A DNA stretch of 64,000 bases from Chrysomallon squamiferum (lineage: Eukaryota; Animalia; Mollusca). Location of the stretch: assembly GCA_012295275.1 (NCBI GenBank), contig CM022665.1, forward strand, positions 34,410,001-34,474,000. Direction: 5' to 3'. The stretch's first letter is position 1. Each line of letters begins with the position of its first letter. This document shows positions 55,201 through 64,000 of this stretch, piece after piece. Position numbers and translations under genes: made by a program. The notes under the pieces were generated by a model. The model was not told the origin of the DNA, did no database searches, and saw nothing but the letters and a program-made list of their open reading frames with translations.

Positions 55201-58200
55201 AAAAATATTAAAATAAATATTTCACAATGACTGCAAAAACTGATAAATGGTATAAGAAATATATGATATACATTTCACTTTTTTATAGTTAAATACTCTT
55301 TACTTAAAATGTTTAGGTAAAATACATGAAGAATCATCAAAAGAGAAAAACGATTTTGGGAAAGTGTCAACACCGAGTATTCAGTGGAAAACACTGAAGA
55401 AAAAAGTGTTGAATTCCACAGCAAAGAATGATGCCAAAAATATAGAATCTGTGAACTTCTCTCAAAATTTTTCTTATATTCAGAATCATGGTACTGTGTA
55501 TGGTAATAAAATGTTAATAGTTTTATTCTTTACATACAAATAGTTGCATGTCAAAAATTATTTGTAATAACAGTTTAAATTGAACCCATCTGTATAATAA
55601 ATATGACAAATTTAATATGATATAAAGTCCTGGAAGGCGACTGTGAAATTGTTTCGTATTCATTTTATTGTTTTAAATTAAGACTGTCATCTGATATTCA
55701 TCTGTTTCATTTCTCATTGGATTTCTTATTTATTTTTGTGGTCAAAAATATTTAAATAAACACTTCACAATGACTGCAAAAACTGATATATGATGTATAT
55801 TTCTCTGTTTTATAGTTAAAAACTATTTACTAAACTGTTTAGGTAAAATACCTGGAGCATTGTCAAAAGAAAAGAAAAAATACAGGAAAATGTCAGCACC
55901 CTGTATTTGTTGGAAAACACTGAGGAAAAAGGTGTTGAATTCCACAGCAAAGAATGATACAAAAAATATAGACTCTGTGAACTTCTCTCAAAATATTTCA
56001 TCTATACAGAATTATGATTCTGTGTATGGTAAAAAATATTAATAATTTTACTCTTTACATACAAATAGTTGTATTTTAAAAACATCGTTTAAAAATAGCT
56101 TAAATTACAATTTAAATTTAATCTATCTATTTAATAAATATTACAAATTTAATATCATATCAAGTCCAGGAAGGAGACTGAACAACTGTTTCACATTCAT
56201 TTTATTGTTTTAAAGCAAGAGTATCATCTGCTACTCTTGTGGTGAATTTCTCAGTAGAATTCTTATTTATTTTTATGTTGCTTATTATATCTAGACAGGA
56301 TCTTCTTTTTATTTTCTATTATTATAACTTTTTTGTGGTCAAAAATATTTAAATATATATAATTTACAATGACTGGAAATATGTGATATACATTTCATTG
56401 TTTTATAGTTAAATACTATTTACTGAAACTGTTTAGGTGAAATACATGGAGAATCATCAAAAGAGAAAAACGATTTTGTGAAAGTGTCTAAACCCACTAT
56501 TTGTTGGAAAACACTGAGGAAAAAAGTGTTGAATTCCACAGCAAAGAATGATGCAAAAAATATAGAATCTGTGAACTTCTCTCAAAATTTTTCTTCTATA
56601 CAGAATCATGACACTGAGTGTGGTAATAAAAAAATCATAGTTTTACTCTTTACATACATATTTTAAAAATTACATATAATTACAATTTAAATTACAAGTT
56701 TAATCCATATTTTTAAGTTTCAATAATTACTGTTTATTATTGGTAATATTTATTTAGTATAAGTATTAGCTGTTGATAGAAATTAATCAGTGTGCTCTAG
56801 TAGCTTCCTTAAACAAACCAAACAAAAAAAAATTGATTCATTTAACTCTATCATTTAAAAATGAATATCCTTTTTTAATTTACAGGTGCATCAAGACAGC
56901 AGCAATTGGAAGAGTCAACACCATTTAGACACAGAGATAATTCAGTTCACAAGTTGGTATATGTGTATTACATTCAGTGAATTAAATTCATTTTGCAATT
57001 AAATATGATAACATTTATTTTTTACGTCTTATTAACATATGCTTAACTGGAATTCTTTGACCTGAAGTACAAACTATTTTCCATTTGGCACTAGCCTGAA
57101 ATGCTAAAACATACATGGCATTTTATGACTAGCAAAAAGTATTGGGCTGCCTGCATTCACATTTATTTCATAAATAATTAAGAAGAAAAATGTTTTTGAT
57201 TTTTTATCTTATATCCCAACATGCATGTAACTTCAGTAGCTAGAAGTCAGATCTGTTAGTAGTACTTGTGTTTGAATTTACTTCCTGTTCCATTATTTTA
57301 AAAATAATATTACAGAAGTAGTAGTTTACTGAGACTCCACCAAGATGATTTTTAGGCAAGATTCTAGTACTCAAAGAATTGAATTCCATTAGCTACTGCC
57401 AATCGTTACACCTATTATTAGTACCTTATTAGAAGCATTTTATCAGACAAAGTTATAGTATGTTGGTTATTACAGAACTTTAGTGTTTTGGGGTTGTTAC
57501 ACAATATTTTTATTATAAATGTTGATTACTTGTAATAATTATTTGCAAATGTTTGGTTATGAAAATTGAATTTTGTTTTGCTCTGACTTTTGCTTATAAC
57601 TTTATTTATTTTAAAATATTTTATTTTTGCTTGGGGCTTGCTGTCAGAAATATTTAGACATTAACGTATTTTGTGGTCATCCATTTACAATAATTAATAT
57701 TTTAAAATATCAAAAGATATAAATGTAATTAATGTGGTCTTACAAACAAAGTGAACAAAATATAAACAGGATGTTTTTGTTCTTTTTTTTTCCTTTTTGT
57801 TTTCTTTTTTTTCTTTTTTCTTTTATAAAATTTAATACTTTTTAAATTCTGTAATATTAATTAGAGAATAATTATTATTTGCCTAAAGTACATGTTCCAC
57901 AATATCATTTTTGTACAGTTTACTTCAATTAAAACTGCACATTTTTCAGTGGTGAAAGCCAGAAAAAACTGCAAAAAAAAGCTAAGAAACATTTGATCTC
58001 CACAGTTTTGTATCAGTCGGGTACAAATATTGAAGAAACATTTAATGTTACATCATCAATTTTTACCAAAGGTAAGCCATACAACACGACTATCTTATTT
58101 GCATTTTATATTTTTTTTTTTCTTCAAAAGGATTTTGGAAACAGTTTAGAATGAAAAATAATTGAACATAGTGAAAACTTTCCATCTGCTTGAGAAAGAT

Positions 58201-61200
58201 TACAGTCATACATAGAAAAATGAAAACACATGTAACATTCTTCACCATAGTAAAGTGGCAGAAATGAAAATCAGATTGGTAGGTCTATAGATGCTGACTC
58301 TGTTGCTTTTCATCTTTCAGATGCAATAACATTAATGCTTGTTTCATAATCTTTAGAAATTATTTATTTTGGTGGGAATCTGTTTTATATTTATTTATTT
58401 ATTTTTTCAAAAATTTTATTCTTGAAGTGATTTTAATTCTCAAGTTAAAGTTTTCTCAGAAAACACATTTATTTGAACATTATTTTATAGGATGTAATGT
58501 TACAGATGGATCAGATAAAACTTTGAAAAAGAAATCTGAAGAAGTCACAACAGAGTCACTAGGTGATAAAACAGTGACACCTTATAAAAAGGTAATTCTT
58601 TAAAAATTTAATGCATAAACAAACTAATTCATGTTCTTTAATTATTTCCCTTTTTTTTCATGTAATTTTAATCAATGCATGCTCAATAACTAAATTAGAG
58701 GTGATTGGTCTCAGTTCATGAATATTTTTTCTTTTTACTGAACACTTTAAAAACTATTTTGTTACTACTTTTTCTTATTTTTTGGAGTAAAATTTTAATG
58801 TGTAATGAAAATTAATATTAAAAAACAAAATTAAAAAATATATATTCAAATTATTTATCATAACAAAATTCTTTAATAAATTTTTGATTCCATACTGCTT
58901 TGAGGATGATAATTTTGTAAAGCTAGCTACTGTTTGTTTTTGTTTTTCTTACTATTATATTTTGTATTTACTTGATCTTTTTTTTCACTAATTATTCTGA
59001 CACTGAATATAGTTCATTTTGGTAATGCTTAAATAGTTATTTTTATCACATAAATAAATGCATTGATTAAAATAATATAAGCAGTTATAATTTATTATGC
59101 AGGTGCAAATTCCTAAGTGTGCATTAACCAGTACTCCCATCATGGACACTGCAAAGAACCACCTTCCAGCACTGCATGTAATGAATAAACTGATGTTTAT
59201 TTTATTTTAACATAGTTTTAATAAAATTGTTTTGGTTTCAATATTCTGTAAAGTTTAGATATGTAAAACATTTCTTTTTAATAGAAATCAAAATTATGTT
59301 TTATTTGGATCTTTTCTTACAGAAATTAAAATGATATAAATTTCAAATTTAAATAATTGATTTCAAAATATATATATCTTATCAGCCATTTATTATTTTA
59401 TTTTACATTTCTTCATATTATGATTTATGTGCTTTTAACTCTGCATTTAAAAATTACAAATAAAGACATTATGTTAAGTATATAAAAATTAACAGTGAAT
59501 CAACTGATGCATAAATTAATAGAGATTCTAAATAAATAAAAAAATAATTTTGACTGTACACTTAGTCTTTGGTTTATATAACTGTTTATATAATTTTTGA
59601 GGAGTCACTTAAAGTGGTATAAAATCACTACTATCTAATGTTATTAAATGCATGTGTACTATTTATAAATATAATCCCTATTTTGTTGGTAAAATACACA
59701 TTTTGGCTCTAATTTCATTTTGTTCTTACTTTTTCATATATGCTTGCTATAAAAGCTTATTTTCTTCTGTTTATTTGATGCCAAAGTATTTTTAATTATT
59801 TTTCAGGTTTTCATTTAATTGCTATAGATAATTCAAACTGGGGTATAATATTTGCTTACTGTAACTGATTAACGAGATAATTAAAACAACAGACAGTTTT
59901 ACAGAAATTTGACATTTATAGAATGCTGTTACTTTTATAGTTATTTAAAAAACCCAACAAAAACAAAGCAATCATTTGGAAACATACAAAAATATTTTAA
60001 GGGTATTTGTTCATACCATTGCTGCACTTTAAATTTTTTTTTCTTTTTTCTGTAAACATTATTAATTTCTTTGGGTGAATTACCATGATCCCATTAAACA
60101 TTTTAATGTTTGTCAGTAGCTTAGAAAAAACTTCTTGAAATATTATTTAAAACATAGATTGATGTGTCCTCTCTGGGACCACCAAGCTCAGACTCGAATG
60201 ACATTATCTTCCTAAGGCAGTCTGAGAGTATGGTTAATTCAGAGGAGATAGTGGCTGAAAGTTTTGATGAGGATGTAGAATTTCCAGATGTGAAGGTTTG
60301 TTATTTGTCTCACAGAATACTAACTTGAAGTGTACCTTTTACAGATCTGTGGAAGTATAATGCAATATAACCAGTTAAAAAATAAATAAAAAAATAAAAA
60401 TGTGTATGTTGTTAAATAAAACTTTTTTTCTTTAATAGGATAATGTGAAAGAGGTAAAATAATTTTTTTCTTTTAAATAATTTTTTTTTGTAATTTTGAA
60501 AACACTTTTTCTATAATCTTTATTTTTATATCATTGTGAAAATAATTAATCTTTATTTACTTCTTCCAGGACATATGTTTTGAAATGTCCAGCTCAAAAG
60601 TAGATGTTAGAAATGAACATCTTGGATTATGTGTTCAAGTGAAAACTAATAATGCAGCATCAGAGAAAGCACGACAGAAAGTTAATAGAAATGGCCTTAA
60701 AAACATTTTTGGGGAAAAAAAGATGAAAAATGTGCATTTTCCTTCAAGATGCAGAAATAAATATATTATTAATAAAAAGAATAGGCAAAAGTCAGTGAGA
60801 AAGTCAGAAGTCACTGAAAGATATCAAATTAAAAGCCAAACCAGTCTAAATGTCTGTTCTGCCTCCATTGTGCCAATTGGACCCATAACAAAACCCACAG
60901 AGATCATACATATCAAATCACCTAGCAAGCAGTTCTGGGAAAGAATCAAAACCTTTCCTTTTGGTAAGTAAAGTAATAATAATAATAATAACAATAAAAC
61001 TCATTAGTATCAGTGGTTAAAATGTATAGGCTGAATTTATGTGTAACTATCAAATTTCATGCATGTAAACAACTGCACTAAGATATTTAAAATAGACTGA
61101 CATACTTAAGATATTTAAAATAGACTGACATACTTAAATACATGAAAGGTATTATTTAATTTCAAGTAATTGACACTTTGCTACAGAAAACTGTTCTGAA

Positions 61201-62221
61201 GATTGCTAATAGATGCATTATGAATTCTTGAAATTGCCCAGGTATAGGTTGAACAGACAGAAATTATGTCCATAAAAGAGCATTATAGACTTTTGTAGAG
61301 AGGTGTTTCTTTGACACCTGAGATATCACTGTCCTGTTTGTTGTGGTACTGCCATAGATCTCCAACAACTGATTTTGCACCTGTTTCAAGTATGTTAAAT
61401 GTTTTGGCCCTGACTACTCTGTTGGCTTTAGTTTTCACAGCTAACTCCTTCAAATTGTTGGTGGTGCATTTAGGCCTGTCTGGAAATTGGACTACCATTT
61501 GATTGGTAATGCTTTGCCATGCATCCTGATTCCTTAAGTTTAATTTAATGTTATTATGCCATTCAGTTTATGCCATTCTTTGAAAAATAGTAAACTCACA
61601 TCTCGGATTTATGAAATATTTGCCTGAAATGATGTAATCATATGAACAATATAAAGTTACAAGTTACACGTTTTGATAAAACATGATAAAAGCAGGTGTT
61701 TGGCCACATGTGTACAAGTGTAATTTTAGTCTGTGTTTAAAGCTTGTCTACATACAAGATAAATGTGTGATAATCACCTTTCATAAATTTGGCCTTATTT
61801 GTTTTATAATAATTTATAACAATTCACTGGACATGGCCTCATGGGTCTCAAAAAAGTCCATTTCAGTGTGCATTCTAAAGATTTCTTTTACCAGGACAAT
61901 GATATATTCTTTCTTATTTATGAAAAGGTCTTTTTAAAAATCCTTTGTTGGTAAGGGAAAAATAGTGCATACTTATTCCTAAAGATAATAACTGTGTTAA
62001 ATATAATTAAATATGCAACATCAAATAACCAATGACAGAAATTAATATGTTGTAATGATGATGCAATACATAATCAAATTTTTAATAATATTTTTGTTTT
62101 GTTTTGCCTCCTGTAAATTTATTTTTTATTATTTATTTATTTATTTTATTTTTTTTAAGATCCTTTAACAACCATAATGAAAAGAAAAGCTAAACTGAAG
62201 ATTACATCTACAGCTTCTTGA
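52291..62221 (+). CDS. Multi-exon protein, about 743 aa, putatively MEIKIN (meiosis-specific kinetochore protein)-like
   Basis: Phase-consistent exons: 52291-52363, 52649-52750, 53536-53637, 54010-54246, 54776-54961, 55317-55502, 55843-56028, 56437-56622, 56886-56952, 57950-58071, 58491-58591, 59103-59177, 60158-60295, 60439-60453, 60570-60963, 62160-62221 (last exon least certain). Total 2232 nt, open throughout. Motifs LTSTP, IDVSSL, VNSEEIV and EIIHIKSP are collinear with recalled MEIKIN blocks. The gene model is better supported than the product name. Confidence 0.7.
54460..56710 (+). repeat. Four tandem exon+intron units (period 541, 526, 594 bp), each with a 186-nt exon
   Basis: WKTL(R/K)KKVLNSTAKND(A/T)KNI(E/D)SVNFSQN recurs four times with homologous intron flanks (tttattgttttaaa..aaga.t.tcatct). 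Confidence 0.95.
60570..60963 (+). CDS. Large basic exon of the MEIKIN-like gene
   Basis: cttccag|GAC...TTT G|gtaagt; overlaps the 128-aa ORF. Confidence 0.82.
61079..61137. repeat. 28-bp perfect tandem duplication
   Basis: taagatatttaaaatagactgacatact twice. Confidence 0.9.
61283..61567 (-). mobile_element. Myb/SANT-like DNA-binding domain relic (PIF/Harbinger ORF2-type)
   Basis: NLRNQDAWQSITNQMVVQFPDRPKCTTNNLKEL..KTKA...ETGA follows the K..AW..I...........RT..QLK..W..LK..AK...TGGG pattern; intronic and antisense. Confidence 0.55.
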
Positions 62222-62536
62222 TCAAGTGTATCTATCAAAATGAAAAGTGTTACTCTGCTTATTATTTGTTTTTATATGGCAGGCTCCATTATTTTCATAC
62301 AGAACAATTGTATTTGTTTATCAGAATATTGTTCAGTGTTATATTAATTTGTTTTCAAATACACAGTTTGTGTGTTATATCATTTCAGATGAAATAGTTT
62401 GAATATTAAATAATATTTATTAAATATATTATTGTGCAGTGTATTTTCTTAACTATTACTTAGTAATCATCGGTGGGTTTTATAATAATTTTGTGATACC
62501 AGTCTAAATTACTGGAAGATGTTATAAACACCATAA

Positions 62537-62695
62537 TTGTTGAACTTTTAAGCTAATATTAATGTTTTCAATTCTTTAGTGTTTAATGACTTGTATTTTA
62601 TAAACAGCTTATTTGTTGAACTTTTAAACTAATATTAATATTTTCAGTTCTCTAATATTTCACTGACTTGTGCATTTTAAAAGCAGGTTGGTTAT
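62537..62695. repeat. Diverged tandem duplication, unit about 77 bp
   Basis: ttgttgaacttttaa(g/a)ctaatattaat...tgacttgt twice. Confidence 0.8.
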
Positions 62696-64000
62696 TTCAG
62701 AAGAGCATTTAATGATCAATTATTAATGTATTCAGCTGGTCCTGCATGTTAATGTCATTTTCAGTTTAATTCAGATTACCACTGATTTGATTTGTTTTGA
62801 CTTATTTTATTGATAAAATATATTATTGATTAATTAATAGATCTTCAATGGTTACTGAAATTCAGATAAATGTTAATAAAAATAACTGAAAATTATTCAT
62901 GTCAGTTAAAAATGCAGTAATTTGCATTTTGGTGTACAAAAATGTGGTACTAAAATGTTTTGTTAACAACATTCACATGTAACCTTATCACCCAATCTCT
63001 CAAAATATTAGTAAATTGGATTTTCATTCTTAAATTTTCTACTAAGAATTAACCTTTTAATCTTAGCACAGAGACCTTGAGGTGACAAACTACTCCCGTT
63101 AGCCTTCTGTTTATTTCCAGATATTCACAGAAACATTTAAATGACAAATAAAACAAGGGATCTCTTGAACTAAGTAATGTCAGTGTGATCTGTAACACAA
63201 TTCTCTGACTACTGGAAAATGGAACAATTGTATTTAATCACAATTTTGTTGCATATTTATATGCCCAGACCACAGTTCTCATTTGGCATCTTATCCCTCC
63301 CATGAAATGTGGGACATATCAAGAATCTACTGACAGACCTCGACGGGACAGCCATTATCACTTCAGAAAAAAATATCTTATTAACTGAAGCAGTTTCTTT
63401 TACTTACCTTATGGTATATAAATCATGGTACATGTTCTTTCTGATAAGCATTAGTATAACACATTGTTTTCTCCTGGAACATCATTCTTTTTGCAGTAGT
63501 CATTATTATTTTTTCAAAATGTAAGTTTAAGAACTAAGTTGTATATATAATTGATCACATTACATACATAAATATGTTAGCCTTGTAAACATTTTATCCA
63601 CTGTTACATTTACTGAAATGATGGATATGTTGTAGATACACAGTGAAATTGTTACTATCACCAAGTATTTAATTATTTTATTAGTCATATATTTTCAAAT
63701 GATATAAATCATTTGGTTGGAGTTTTTTGTCTTGTTAAATTACTTTGTTGCCTCTTATTGTGGGCTGTGATCTAATTCATTGTCATATATTTTGTAAAAA
63801 GCAAACTGTCAGTGCTGTTTCAATAAAGACTGTTGTATACCATAATTTTTTTTGATCTTCTGTCACTAGTAAGTAAACTACTTTGAGTCACTCATATGAC
63901 ATAAAGATTGTTTTACTTCTGTCAGTTCATGCAGTATTCCACAACAGACTTTTCAGCTCTCATGAACAATTTGTCACTTCTTGAAAGCTGAAATATGAAC

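Noticed and set aside
54460-56710. CRISPR-like or satellite reading of the tandem array
   Set aside because: Eukaryotic context; the units are exon+intron duplications of about 550 bp with no unique spacers
63119-63524. Exon-like or transposon-like segment with a 71-aa ORF
   Set aside because: The acceptor at 63120 gives a stop after six codons in the required phase, and I cannot assign a family
52291-64000. Haspin kinase as the identity of the plus-strand gene
   Set aside because: It has TY- and STP-like motifs, but no kinase exon is visible, a plausible stop exon lies at 62160-62221, and the MEIKIN-like blocks fit better. Not fully excluded, because the window ends at 64000.

Overview
AT-rich, intron-containing animal DNA, probably molluscan, judging by MESC-like SINE remnants and mosaic CpG depletion. 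I spliced four protein-coding genes by hand, checking splice sites and exon phase. (1) Minus strand, 876-7236: a 3-exon, 201-aa atypical Rho-family GTPase with G12T- and A59S-equivalent substitutions and a CCSCEIV tail. (2) Minus strand, 13856 to at least 24631, with candidate first exons near 42.2-44.4 kb: a RIN/sprint-type Rab5 GEF (SH2, long Pro/Ser/Tyr-rich region, VPS9, RA) with one GC-AG intron and an N-terminal paxillin-type LD motif. (3) Minus strand, 47358-48915: an unrecognised 174-aa SP/TP-rich protein. (4) Plus strand, 52291-62221, head-to-head with gene 3 across a CpG-rich promoter: a 16-exon, about 743-aa protein with several collinear motif blocks resembling vertebrate MEIKIN and a 4-fold tandem duplication of a 186-nt phase-1 exon. 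This is the most notable observation. Also present are a MULE-like element, two pogo/Tigger relics, a Harbinger Myb/SANT relic, SINE relics and microsatellites. Homology calls rest on recalled motifs, not on database searches.
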